From Camelus dromedarius (taxonomy: Eukaryota), in assembly GCF_036321535.1 (NCBI RefSeq), contig NC_087472.1:102488001-102552000 (forward strand): a stretch of DNA of 64,000 nucleotides, read 5' to 3'. The notes under the pieces are model-generated. The model ran no database searches. It was not told the origin of the DNA and saw only the letters and a list, made by a program, of their open reading frames with translations. Each line of letters starts with the position of its first letter. The first letter of the stretch is position 1. Shown piece by piece: positions 25,093 through 37,920 of this stretch. Both the position numbers and the translations under genes were made by a program.

Positions 25093-25099
25093 TTTTATA
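25093..25099 (-). promoter_or_regulatory. S100G TATA box (TATAAAA)
   Basis: ttttata on the + strand; position fits a TSS near 25070. Confidence 0.8.
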
Positions 25100-25155
25100 G
25101 TCTTTACAGACACACCGCCCTGATTATGAAATTTTCCTTGTGTTTTCCATTTAAA

Positions 25156-25168
25156 GGTAATTATTAAT
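25156..25168. promoter_or_regulatory. HNF1-like site in the S100G proximal promoter
   Basis: GGTAATTATTAAT versus consensus GTTAATNATTAAC (2 mismatches), about 60 bp upstream of the TATA box. Confidence 0.55.
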
Positions 25169-28100
25169 GGTTTTTAAAACCCAGGCTTAAGACTGTGTGA
25201 ACTTCATAATTAAGGGCAAGAGCCACTAAAGGGCCACCTCAACAGTTGCTTAATAGTTCAGAGTCCCAAGAGTAAGCTTGGATTTTTTACCTCTTAGATT
25301 ATGTTTTCCCTCCAGTGTGGAATTATGATATTTGCCCAAGTATGGAGGGTTGGTTTTTTCAATTTCATAGCATATTTAGGCTTGAAAAATTTTTTCTTTA
25401 AATCCTGAAAGAAATGCTGTGATAGATAATCAAATACTTCATGGTTTAAAACATTGCCGTATAGCCTTTGAAGTCCCTTTGATGCTTTGTACATATTAGG
25501 TGCTTAGATATTTGAATAACTGAATGAATGAATGAATAAAGTATCATTGAGAAGCAGGTTTAAGAAGTGGGGAGAAGATACACAATAATTTGTGGTTTTA
25601 TTTGGCAGAGCAAGATTGCCAAGTAGCAAGGCTGTTTTTCAACTTTTTCATTATTGGTGGTTCCCGTATCTGCTTTTTATTTCTTACTGCTTTCCCTTAC
25701 CAAATGTATTTTGTTAATCATTCTAAAAACTTGTGAGAACACTTGACTTACTTTTATTCTATTGGAAATACTTCAAACTTTTGCAGCTTCCAGGTTTAAA
25801 ATTTATTTCTCTTGTAAAGAGTTCCATGAAAGAACTAGGACATTTCCAGGTGACATTGATCCAATACTGATTGGAACTCACATGAAGGGGTTCCAGATCA
25901 ACTTTAAAAGCACTCATCAACTTTTAAATGCTTGTACACGTCCACATTTGTATAATTTTCTATGACCCTTCATTATATTATGTACAAACTCAGGATTAAA
26001 ATATTGGACTATATTTCTCTCTTATGCTTTTCAGTTCTTAAATTCTAGGCCCTTATTGACCCTGGAGAACAAATGTGAAATCTTACATATAGACTTCCTT
26101 TAAAGCTCCCACCGATCCTGAACACTGATCATTCTGTGTGCCTTAGCTGTCTTGTATATGTTATTCTCACTTTTATTACAGACTATTTGATTTTGGTATG
26201 TATCATTATTGGCTATGTATTAAATCACTTCTTAGAGTAAAGATAGGCATGTTGCTTTTAGTTGTAAGATTTTACACAAAAATATTCTGATTTTGGCAAT
26301 ATTTTTTAATCAAGATTTTAGAGAATTTCTCATGTTTTGATACTTAAGCTCTGTTTTATCTGGGAGGAAGTGGACTTCTGTTGAACAGTCGTAACAAGAA
26401 ATATCTTTTTCCTCCAAACACCTTTTTAAAAAATTTCAAACCTATGGAAAAGTTACGGGAAGAGTCAATGAATACCAATCCACCTTTCGCCCAGATTCGC
26501 TAATCACTAACCTTTCCACATTTGTTTTCTCTCCCCTTCGCCCAATGAAATATTTGAGAATCAATTACAGACATCCAGACACTACCCCCGTAAATGCCTC
26601 AGCATCATATCTCCTAAGGACAAGGAAATCTCCTACACAACCACAATGCTGTTATCACAGCCCATATATATGTCTCCCCAGTTACTGAGATAGCATCTTA
26701 AACCTTCTGTTCTCTCAGCTTACCTAGCACTTGTGAACTAAAATCAACATGACAGTTGTTTTGTTTCTCGAGTCCATATTGAAGAAATGCTTATAGTAAC
26801 TATATATGATCTTAATGATACATGATTTTAATAAGTACATATGACATATGTTATATATAATACATGGCATATATATATGACACGTGTGTGCGCACATGTG
26901 TGTATATAAAATTAGTTTGCAGAAAAACTTTTGGAAGAGTATTGATTAACAGCCTTTTAGGCTACAAATCTCTAGTTGCAAGGGAACACCTCTGATCAAA
27001 ACAGGTCTAATGCTGCTTGTTGTCAGAACTTAGGCTTGTGGTAAACACTAACAGAACTGGAAAAACACCCCATTGGTCTTTTTAAATTTTCACTTTGCTC
27101 ACCTCCACCAGTCACATCTCTCATCTCTTATTTTTCTCTTTACCTGTAGACTCAAGCTTGAGGGTACACCTGCAGTGGGAAACTCGAAATCCACCAGCAG
27201 ATATTGCCATGAAACATTAACTAAAAATATATGGAGATGAGTGATAAATACAGGGTGTGTTCAAAAGAGTGCCTTTTGAAACCTGAGGAGAGGGGAAAAA
27301 ATGACAGACACAAGACTGGTCATGGAAAAATGGAGAGGCAAAGGTTATTTCACTGTTGGACTGTTTAATCTTTGGACAGACTTCAGTTTTTCCTGGGAAA
27401 GCCAAGAGTGACTTATTTCATGAGCTTGGGTGTCACCAGCCTCCATAGCCAGGTTATTCGAAGTCCACAGCAGCAAGTGCCTTGAAAAGCACCTTGGGAA
27501 GAGGAGGCAGTGCCAGCACCCAGGCCCTGCCAACAAGATGGGTGTGAAATGCTGTCTGTGGGTTTGTGTTGTCTTTGACCCTGCAGTTTGGGTGAGACTT
27601 TCCACTTGCAGCCTCTGCCCTGGCTTGGGGCCTGCCTATGCTGGCCCTGGGTGCTTGAGTTCGCCGATGCCTCCTGATCATAGCCTGCGCCTGCTGAGAG
27701 CTGCTTTTTACCCTGGGCTGTGTGCTGCCCCCACACCCCAGCTGTTCCCTCCAGAAACTCTCACGGCACCCCTTGTGAAGTGCGTGCTGCGGTTACCTCC
27801 AGTCTACAGAGCTGGTCACTGACCTGTTCCAGGTCACATTGCTGGGGCCTGGCAGAGCTGGGATTCAAGTCCAGGACCAGCCTGCGCCCTCAGCCACCAT
27901 GCCACCTGCCCCCTCCCAGGAGTAGGGCCTCTGTGAGGAGAGCAGGTCACTGTCAGTGTGAGGCCCAGAGGGAAGACTTAGACTTAAGTGTCATGATCAC
28001 ACTTGAAGGTGTGAGGGTGTTTCTTTTCCTGATGGAAGTAACGTAGGCCTTCTTCCACTGGTGGAAAAAACAAATTTAAAAGACTAGAGGATAGATACGT

Positions 28101-28504
28101 ATTTCTAGGACAGCTCAATGCTTTCAGTCTTATAGATTCCATCGCCTGCTGCCCTGATGCTGCAGGTTGGGAAGATGGGAAGGGAAGTGATGGCCCTGTG
28201 TCAGGTGAGAGGTGGGGTTGGGCACAGCGATCCTTGGCCTCAGAGCCGGCTGCTGCCCCTCCTCTTCCCTCCCCCAACTTGGTCTTAGGCCCACCGGCCA
28301 GGCCCTTAGTGGTCTCTGTTAGTTTTTGATTATAAAGTCCAGGGGACTTTAATGATGGAGCACTTACTCGGAACCTGACACTGTGCTGAGCTCTGGTGGC
28401 GACAGAGAAGATCTAGTCATTTGAGTTGAGCCCACACTTTAGTTTCTGAGAGGAGGTACCTGACGAAATGATGGAGGAGGTTAAATTTGTATACGATAAA
28501 GGAC

Positions 28505-28967
28505 TGTATTAGTTTCCTGTCTCTGCTGTAACAGATTACACCAATTTAGTGACTAATTAATTTTCTTACAGGCCTGGAGCTCAGAAGTGGGTGGGCAGGG
28601 CTGCATCCCTTCTGGAGGCCCTAGGGGGAGTCTGTTTCTTTACCTTTTCCAGCTTCTAGAGACTGACTGCTCATGGCTCCTTCCTCCATCTTCAGGGCCA
28701 GCAAGTTGGCCTCTTCCAGTCCCCACTCCTCCCCTCCTGACCTCTGCTTCATTGTCATATTTCCATCTGTGATTCTGACCCTCCTGCTTCTTCTTAATGA
28801 AGACCCTGTGGTGAAACTGGGCCCACCCAGATAACCCTGGATTATCTTCCCATCTTAGGAACCTTAATTTAGTCAGATCTGCAAAGTCCCTTTTGCCATA
28901 GAAGGTAACATATTCACAGGTTCTGGGGACTAGAGCAACTTTGAGGGGCCATTATTTAGCCTACAAC
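28505..28967. mobile_element. MLT1-type MaLR LTR
   Basis: tgtattagtttcct...gcaaagtcccttttgccat...aggtaacatattcacaggttctgggga. Confidence 0.75.
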
Positions 28968-30966
28968 TAATTGAAAATGAATAAACAGTGTGTCAGTTAT
29001 TTGTTCAGTAGAGTGAGCATCACAGTGATATTAATTCTGTGGTAATAAGGAGAACTGGGGGTGCCCCTAAAGCATGAGCCCATCTGGGAAGGTGGGGAGA
29101 AGGCATCTTAGGAAATGCAGTGAAAAGGGATATGTGTGTAGTGGGATCATGGGGAGGGGGACAGAGGCGCCGTCGGCAGTGGACCTGTCTAGCTGCAGTA
29201 GAAATCATAGGTGAGGATCTATGGGGAGAGCATAGATGGTTCTTGAATGAGGTAGAACCTGCATGTCCCATGAAAGAGCTTAGCTTTGATCTGCATTGGT
29301 GGAGGCTGCTGTCGCATTTGGAAACAGAATATTGATAGAAAATTGGTTCATACTTTATGAACCTTGATGATGACTCTTGGAGAATCCAAATCGGAAGCAG
29401 GCTTGGAAAAAGAAAAAAGAACAGGAAAACCTAGTGGACAGCAGGAAAGGACTGGGTTGGCAAAATCTATGTAAAGAATACTTGAGGAATATACTAGAAA
29501 GTCTGAGAGAATCACTGTTTGTGTTGCTTAAGAGATTGGAAACGATCTACTGGGGAGTTGGCTCCCCCAGTGTCCCCAGATGAAATGTCCAAAGGCAGGG
29601 GACATGAGGGAATCTGGCCTAAGCGGTGCTCTGTCAGGTAAGTCAGAAGGCTTACACTCTCTCCTGCACTCTTCCCGTTTGGGAATCTCATCTTTAATAA
29701 GAGCACCTCACTTCCCTAGACTTTGTTGTTTAAGGCACCCGGGATGCCAGCTGTCTTGAACTCATTACACTTTTATCATGGGCTGCAGAAACTCTGGTAA
29801 AGGTTAATTAAGGCCATGTCTATCCTTATGTGGTAGTTTTACATCTCCTAAAGCTTTATTACCACCAATATTCATTACTTATTGATCTTTTTTTATTTTT
29901 CTTATGCTCTATGGCTCGGTTCCAAGGAAGGCCAGAGCTATAGTGGGGAATCAGATGACAGCTGGTATTTAGGCCAAACCAGAATGGGCCTAGGTGATCC
30001 TTTTGCTATGAGGCATTTTCTTCTTAGATGCAAAGTCAAGGGGATTTTGGAAATGTTGAGAGTAAAACAAAAGCATATTTGAGGTTCTTTTCTTTAACCA
30101 CCCCAGTAATGATAGATATTTTGAAACTGTGACATTCTCCTGTCTGTCAGGCTTTTTGCGGAAGGAATGCCAGACACATAGATGTTTTCCTGAATTTTGT
30201 TGATGAATCAGGTCACTTATAACCCGAGAGGCAACCCTACTGTTATCTTTAGAGCTGGTAGGATGGCCTGATAACTCTGCAAGGTGGCTGGTGGGCCCAT
30301 GCATGGCCAGAAATGCACTGCGTTTTCTGCCATCCCCAGCTGTCCTGTGTTGGGGGCCCACCAGCTGGTGCCTGGCCTGGACGTCCTTCTCCTGAGTGCG
30401 TGCTGGGCATGCCCGGATGAGGCCTCCTAAGGCAGACCAGAGAGAGTAGCAACTCTCCTCTCAGTTCTCATGGTACTTTTCTCCTTTCACTGCCGTTCAG
30501 AGCATCATTCAGAGCTGAAAAGCTACTTCTGTCTGCTCCCTCATCTTTTTGCTCACATGTTCTTTGCCTCTCCAGTGGTTTCTATGTTGTAATCAGAGGA
30601 TTGCCATGGATGTTACACCTTGGGATTTCTTCCTGTGCAATCATTTCAGGAGAAGGTCGTGTTTATTACTTCAGAAAACAGCAGGGATAATGTGAACTAA
30701 TATCCTAGTGCAGGGCCTACATAATACATTTCACTATTTGGGCCTGAAATTTGTCTTTTCATTAAAGTAATACCATGTTCAAAGTTGGAAAAGTCAACAT
30801 TTCCAAAAGTCCTATAATGAAAGAATTCAGTAATCCTCACCCTCAACTCTTCTAGCTATTTCTCCTGGTCGTTACCTCCCTGCTCCTAAATAATATTCTC
30901 ATATTGCTCTTTAAGGAATTTTTATTCTTCCCCCCATGTTGTGGGAGTATTTAAGACCCTTAGGCA

Positions 30967-31106
30967 GAGGAGAGGGTAGAGCTCAGTGGTAGAGCATGTG
31001 CTCAGAAGGCACGAGGTCCTGGGATCAATCCCCAGTCCCTCCATTAAAATAAAAATTAAATAAACCTAATTCCCTCCCTCAACAAACAAAACAAAACAAA
31101 ACAAAA
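30967..31106 (+). mobile_element. tRNA-derived camelid-type SINE
   Basis: GGGTAGAGCTCAGTGGTAGAG...GGATCAATCCCC with an (AAAAC)n tail; degenerate TSD aagac(c/t)ctta(g/a)gca. Confidence 0.85.
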
Positions 31107-32414
31107 AAGACTCTTAAGCAACCCTGTGCCCACTGCATTTGCCTTTTGGAAATATTTTCTAGTCGTGTGTTTGTTGGGTTCATCCCAAGTAAGCAGTAAG
31201 GCAGTTACTGTTCTTAGTTGGGTCATTGGACTCCATTCTTAATGGCTCATAGCAGAATATTCCTTGAATTCCAAACATACTGATAACTGAACAAAGTAGA
31301 TTAAGAGCCTCTTCCTGTGTAGTGAGTAAGGGGGCTGAAGCAGCACTGTACAATTAGAAGAAGAAACCAGGGCGAGTTTGTTGCTGTGGTTTAGGCTGTC
31401 TTAAACTGAAGTGGAAATTGAGGCTGTGCAGAAACCTAGGACTTCTTCTGAGTCTGTGGCAGGTAGTGGAGTCTTATCTGCCCTTTCCTAGAAAATCCAT
31501 AAGGGGTTGGGCATTTATAAGCATCTCAGGTTTGTGAACTGGAGGTGGGTGCCCTGTCTCACTCCGCTCCCGTAGTACTTCTAACCGTCATTAGCCAACC
31601 AGAGCAGATAGGGAAGACGTGCCAAGGCCAAGAGCACTTCAGAACTGAGCACTCCATCTAACAAGGGGTATAGTCAAGTTTTTTTCTCCACTCCTGCCCT
31701 TCAGTGACTCTTAAAGTGTACTGGGGCCACAGGGTTCAAATGGCTTAGAAAGTTCTTCTGGGGCACTGATAAGATCAGACAAGTTCTTGGAAAATTCCAG
31801 TTGTCAAGGATTTCTGTAGCACAATATGTAGCAGTTAGGGTATGGGGAAAAAAGGGAAAGAAAGGTTTTATGGGAGGAAACAAGCAACTCCATTAGAACA
31901 GGTTAACTCTCCCAACTGTAAGTTAGGAAGAAAAACCCCATGAGACTGTAGTGAACAGAACTGAGAAAACAGACTACTGACTAACAAGAACAGGCTTTTC
32001 ATAAAAACGTATGTATTTCTGCATTTCTATGAATATAGATCTTTATCTAAATACTTTAAGGATAAATCTGAAATTATTTATTTAACCGTATAAATATATT
32101 TTATTTTATTTTCAAATTTGAAATTATTATGACTATTCAGGTTTTTTTGCTTTACGTTTTAACCTAGTATAATAATTATTACAAGCAAAAGATAATGTGT
32201 AAAACGCAGGTAAGTTGTAAACCACTGTATTATATTGTATGAAAACTTAACTACATCCTACTCAGTTCAAGAACCAGAGGTTACCAGTAGCTTACAGCTA
32301 CCTGTAGGTCCTCTCCATTACATCACTCTGTTTAGATGAAATCACTTTCTTGAATTTTGTGTTTATCATTCCATTGTTTATAAAAATAGTTTCATAAATC
32401 TGAAATTATTTGAT

Positions 32415-33130
32415 CTGAGTGCATTCACTTGTCCATACACTGACTCAGTGCATACCATAAGCCAGTTTCATGTGTGCTAGGGGCTGGGAACGTGATGGTA
32501 AGGAAAAGCAACACTGCCCCAGTTCTCGGAGATTTCCAGTCTAGTACACAAAGCACTCTACGCAGAGTGAGGAGGCCAGTGATGGGGAGGGCGTTTGTAG
32601 AGGACCTTGGCTAGGCTATGGTGCCTGGGAATATCAGCTCCTGGAGAATCTCATATTGGATAGTTGAGCTAAGATCTTAAGGTTAAGGATGGTGTAATTT
32701 AGAAACAGAGAGTTGGAGAGTGGGAGATGTGCAGAGTCCCAATGGTGGGGAGAAAGAAGATACACTTTGAGGAACTGAAGGAAGGTTCAGTGATCAGAGC
32801 TTGGGGTGTGAGGGGCAAGACATGGGAAGTGAGGCTGCAGGGCTAGGCTGGGCCAGTACCACACAGTCAAGGATTTCAAGCAGGAGAAATGACCACAGGG
32901 TGGATGGGGGCCGTGTGAGTGTGGGGCTGCCAGTCAGTAAGCTCTGGCCACAGCCTAGGTGAGGGGCTGCGGTTTGGTGGGTGGTTGGAGCTGTGGATGG
33001 ATGTGGGAAGTCTGGAGCGGGTAAATGGATAGGACTTGACACATTGGATGAGAGGGATGAGGGAGAGGGAGAAGTCCAGGGTGGGGCTTAGGTCTCTGAC
33101 CTATGGAATGTGCTAGAATGGATGATACTA
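32415..33130. mobile_element. L2 3' fragment
   Basis: cattcact...tttgaggaactgaaggaagg...ggacttgacacattggatg, typical L2 motifs; boundaries approximate. Confidence 0.55.
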
Positions 33131-33178
33131 CTTTTTTAAAAAAAGGAATCCTTATAAATGATTTTCTACAAGTAAGTA

Positions 33179-33328
33179 CAGTCCGCCCTCCATCCATGGG
33201 TTTGGCATCTGCAGATACTGACGCCTGACTGTTCTACACCATTTTATATAAGGGACTTGAGCATCTGAAGATTTTGGTAGCCACAGGGCACCTGGAACCA
33301 GTCCCCCCTGGATACCGAGGGACAACTA
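33179..33328. mobile_element. MER2-like Tigger MITE
   Basis: cagtccgccctccatccatggg...ggataccgagggacaact with TA flanks. Confidence 0.7.
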
Positions 33329-33767
33329 TACTTTTGGTATACTTTCCCAAAATTGACAAACTTACTTACAGAAAATCTTTAGGGAATGAAGTGGACAGCA
33401 GAAGAGGGTTATTTTGACGGTTGTGAAGACCAAAGTGGAAAGCCCAGAAAGCTCCAGAAGGCCCCAGAAGGCCAGAACTTGAAGTGGAAACATTGCCTGG
33501 AGCTGACACTTTGAGTAATGATGGGAGGAAGATCATAAAGATGCTCCTGATAAACTTTTTACATGTAATTTGAATGAAAGATGAGCAGCGCACTGTGAGG
33601 ATTGTATGAAAGCCTGACCGTATTTGAGCAGGAACATTGGAAGGCATGATCTGATTTTGTTCAGGGAACACCTTTACCCAGTGAGCATTCCTCTAAAAGT
33701 AAAGCTTAAAATTTGGGAAGTTACAATTTTACAAGATGGCAAAACTGGACTTGTTTTGTTTTCTAAG

Positions 33768-33864
33768 GTGATTGACATGCCTGAGCACAACCCTGGCAAT
33801 TTGGGAGGAACAATGAGGCTGGGAATAAGAAGAACTGTTTTCAAAACTGAAAATTCAATATTAA
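33768..33864 (+). CDS. CTPS2: CTPS2 exon (about exon 14), [32 protein letters not shown](R)
   Basis: ttctaag| acceptor, |gtaagt donor; 97 bp; GGTMRLG CTP synthase signature, also visible in ORF 33624..33893. Confidence 0.97.
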
Positions 33865-34735
33865 GTAAGTTTCTCAGATTGTTTGTTCTATAATATGTCG
33901 GGCGTCCTTCGCACGGCTGTGTGCAGCCACAGCCCTCTTGCGATTCACTCACCCGGTCCAGCTCTCCCTATCCCTGCCAGCGGCCCCTCCCTCTCACCTA
34001 TCTCCCTCTGCCTTCACCGGTCCTCCTGCTTCGCCATCCCTCTCCCTGGAAAGGTTGGTGGAACACATGTGGATGCCCCTTCTCATTTGCTCTCCATCAC
34101 ACCCTAGCCAGTGGGCTGCTTTGTGCTTTCCTGATGTGCCCGGAGATGACGCTGCACTGAGAGGGCCCTGATTCCAGCTCACTTCTTTGGACTCCACTGT
34201 TCTCTCCACTCCATTGAAAACAGCTCCCTGTTAGTTTCATGTCTGACTGGTTTTAGCCACTAACTTCTGAACTTCTTCAGGAGGGGTTGGTTATGTCCCA
34301 GAAGTCTGTTTCTCTCTTCCTCCAGTAGCTCCAGCATGGGGAGAGGAAAATATGATGTGATTCACTGTCTGATATTTGCTGATCTACTCCCAATGAGGTT
34401 ATTCTAATTTCTGTGGAACTTCCTCCCCATAGGTTAACATGATATTAGAATAACTTAATGTAAAAAATACTCCCAAAGCCCTGAATTCAATTTAATAAAT
34501 ATATGTGAGTGCCTCCTCTGTGCTACGTGCACTGTACTCGATTCTGCAGATACACTAGCGACCAGGACAAATGCCAGCTACTCCCTCCCAGGGCCTTAAA
34601 ACTAGTGGAAAGAGTGTGGTGCTGGGGGACTTGCAGGTGCTACCAGAGCCAGATGCAAGGAGAGAACCCAGGTATTGGGGGCATCCAGCATCATTCCTGT
34701 GAAATTATAAGAATGTATTCAAAAAGTGCCTCCTT

Positions 34736-34762
34736 TTTTGAGGGGGTGGTAATTAGGGTTGG

Positions 34763-34830
<68 letters not shown>

Positions 34831-34933
34831 GTATTTATGTATTTATGTATTTATTTAATGGAGGTACTGGGAATTGAACCCAGGACCTCATGCATGCTAA
34901 GCACACACTCTACCACTGAGCTGTACCCTCCCC
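34736..34933 (-). mobile_element. tRNA-derived camelid-type SINE with a microsatellite in its tail
   Basis: Same body as 917-1079; TSD aaaa(g/a)tgcct(c/t)ctt. Confidence 0.9.
34764..34827. repeat. (TATC)16 tetranucleotide microsatellite
   Basis: Direct count of perfect repeats. Confidence 0.95.
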
Positions 34934-35489
34934 GAAAAATGCCTTCTTAACTCGAAGAAGATTATAGAAATATGAGTTTCTCCTTTGAAAAGGCTGATAA
35001 ACAGCTTCTAAGGAATGTAAAGCTTCCTAGCAAGAAAGAAATTTAAAAAGGAAGAGTTTCAAAGTGCACACATTTCCCTGCTTTCTCTGACTGAGAAGCC
35101 ATTGTTCTGTAAGTGACTTTTTTCTTTGAGAATAAAACCCTTTTTTCTCTTTGTGTATATTGGCAGCAATTCTTTGGCTTTTGGATGTTTTCAAATACTT
35201 TGAAACTTTGTTCAAATAGTGGCCTAAGTGGCAAAAAATGGTTAGTGAGACATTTCATCTTTTAAAATAGTATCTGCTTTATAAGATTGAGTTATAATCA
35301 TGCTAAGCTTTTTAAAAAGAGCGCTGTGTTCAGTATATTTAAAAATTGGATCTGTCTTGATGGAAATAAGATTGACATAAGTTTGTTTTTCTTTACAGCA
35401 GACATAAAAGTAATGTTGATGATTTTTATGAATCTTTAACACAACACCAAAGATTGTTGCCTAACATTTTTTGCCTGCCCTGACAAAAA

Positions 35490-35910
35490 CTTTTTAACAG
35501 CTTTATTGAGATATAACTTACATACCATACAATTCATCTGTTAAAAGTGTACAATCCACTTTTTTATTTTATTCACAGAGCTGTGCAACTATCATCACAG
35601 TTGAGTTTTGAACATTTTTATCACCTCAAGAAGAAACCCTGTTCCCTTTAGCTCTCACCACCCCCTTCTCCAGCCCTAAGGCTATTAATCTGTTTACAGT
35701 ATCTATAGATTTACCTGTTCTGGATATTTCCTATAAATGGAACTGTACGATCTGTGGCATTTTGTGTTTGGCTTCTTTCATTTAGTATGTTTCAAGGTAT
35801 ATGTGCATCGTAGCCTGTGTTAGTACGTCATTTCTTTTTATGGCTGAGAAATATTTCATTGTATGGACAGACCACGTTTATTTATCCAGTTATCTGTTGA
35901 TGGTTATCCA
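35490..35910 (-). mobile_element. L1M 3' fragment
   Basis: cagctttattgagatataacttacataccatacaattca... Confidence 0.75.
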
Positions 35911-37619
35911 GTCATCTTCCTGTCCTGCCTTAAATTTAAATTGTGCTTCATAGTTTGCATAAGGCATGTGAGTAGATGAGCCTGTGGTCCCGAGGAGGTA
36001 CACGGCTTTCCCTCCCACCTGTGCAAGTCCTTCAACAGGAGTCCAGAAAGTTTTGTTGGAGACGAGATAAATATATGACCATTGTGCATGGCTCTGTTGA
36101 GTGTCATGAAAATATAAAAACAAGTAGCACCATAGTGTTTTGTGTTTTTTTCCCCCAGTTGGCATATTTCTTTTGTAGGAGCTTTCTTTTAAACCAAGCG
36201 GCATATTTCTTTCCAAGGATTTTTTTTTCTCTAGTCAGCCCATTTATTTTGTAGGCTTTTCCCCCCTCTAGTCAGCACATTTCTTCAAGAATGGTAGGAA
36301 CAAAATACATTTGCCTACATTGCCTGTGAAAATAATTTATACTTTTGATAGAAAGCATTTTGATGCTATTCATTCTTTATTTAAATTTGATTTATAGGCT
36401 AGTGATTGTAATGTTCTGAATTAAATGGAAAAACAGAAAGGTAAAGAGATTTTTTAGTAAAAGAGAATACTTTGAAATAGGACCAAAGCCTAAAGATATT
36501 GATAGACAAAAATGGCTGGATTACTAAAGTGATTCTAATTTTTATATTCATCAAGACCATTTCTTTTTTTCTTAGTCACTCATTAATTCCTTAAGGGTTA
36601 TGAAAACTATGAATTTGATTTCTTTCTTTTTTTTAAATTTTTTTCTTTTTTAAAAATCATTTTATTGAGGTAAGATTGACATACAAAAAGCTGTACATAT
36701 TTAGTATATACAGCTTAGTGAGTCGACCTTGAGTTTTCTAAAGTGGAGATTATAGGTATAAATTTATTTGGACAAAAGTACATGGTACTAATCATTTGCT
36801 CTGTTTATAGGAAATGTGTTCCCAGAGACCTACTCCTATCCTGCATTCTGTATGTGTGTGTTGTCTTGGTCTACAGAGGCTTTTTCTTATTAAAGGACTA
36901 ATGACAGTGTGTGAGGAATTGCCAGTGCTGGTTCTAAGGTCTTTAGAAATAATATATTTTTTTGAAACTGCATTTCTCTGACCCTTCACCCAAGTATTAA
37001 TTGCATATTCACGGTCTTTCCCAAACTTTTATTTATCGTGCTCAGTTTTTATATAGTCTGCTATTATAGGAAACTTTTTCATTTATTTGTCTATTATTTA
37101 ACATACATTTAGTTGAGTTAAGGAACTGTAATATACTGATTCATTTCCTATTGTTAAACATTTCAGGTTGTTTCTGGCATTTTGTTAGAAAAATGCTAGT
37201 GTAAATATCTTGACACGGTGCTCTTTTGTTCTTTTGATTGTTTCCTTAGGATAGATTTCTAGGAATCAGACTTTTAGGTCAAAGGGTATGAACACTTTCA
37301 TGACTGATATTTCTGCCAGATTGTTTGAAAGAAGAGGTGAACCAGTTCATAATGACATTTACTGTTGGGTTCTTGCTTTCTCTAGTCTTTTTGCTAGTGT
37401 TTTTATTATTTTTCTACTTGCTCTCTTAGCAAGAACAAAAAGGGCCTTGTACTATTATACTTTAATTTGCATTTCTTTTCATTTCTACAAAGTGGAAAGT
37501 TCCCCCTTCCCCAGATGCTAATTTACTTCTGTGTATACCGCCCATGTCTGAAGTCTCCAGCAGCACTTAAACATGGGAAGATGTACCTGCCCAAATTCTA
37601 TTGCCTAAATGGTCTAAAG

Positions 37620-37920
37620 TAAGGCTTGGTAAGCTTTTTCTGTAAAGGGTCAGAGAGGAAGTATTTTCAACTTTGGGGTCAAATGGTCTTTGATACATCT
37701 ACTCAGCTCTGTGTTGTAGTATGGAAGCAGGAGTAGACAAATATGTAAATGAATGAGCATGGCTGTGGACACCGAAATGTGAATTTCATGTCATTTTCAT
37801 GCATCATGAAATATTATTCATCTTTTGGTTTTTCCAACCATTTGAAAATGTAAAAACCATTCTTAGTTCGCGGACTGAACGAAGACAGTCGGGAATCCTG
37901 TTTTGCCTTGGGGTTGCCAT
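37620..37920. mobile_element. MER58B-like hAT element
   Basis: tttttctgtaaagggtcaga...ctactcagctctg...aaaatgtaaaaaccattcttagttcgcgg. Confidence 0.7.

Noticed and set aside
26815..26910. Self-complementary AT/CA-rich stretch
   Set aside because: Low-complexity alternating purine-pyrimidine sequence; pairing is expected by composition
33624..33893. 89-aa ORF as a standalone gene
   Set aside because: Only 33768-33864 is coding (a CTPS2 exon); the rest is intron read-through
34509..34950. ORFs with YLSI repeats
   Set aside because: Translation of the (TATC)n microsatellite and SINE
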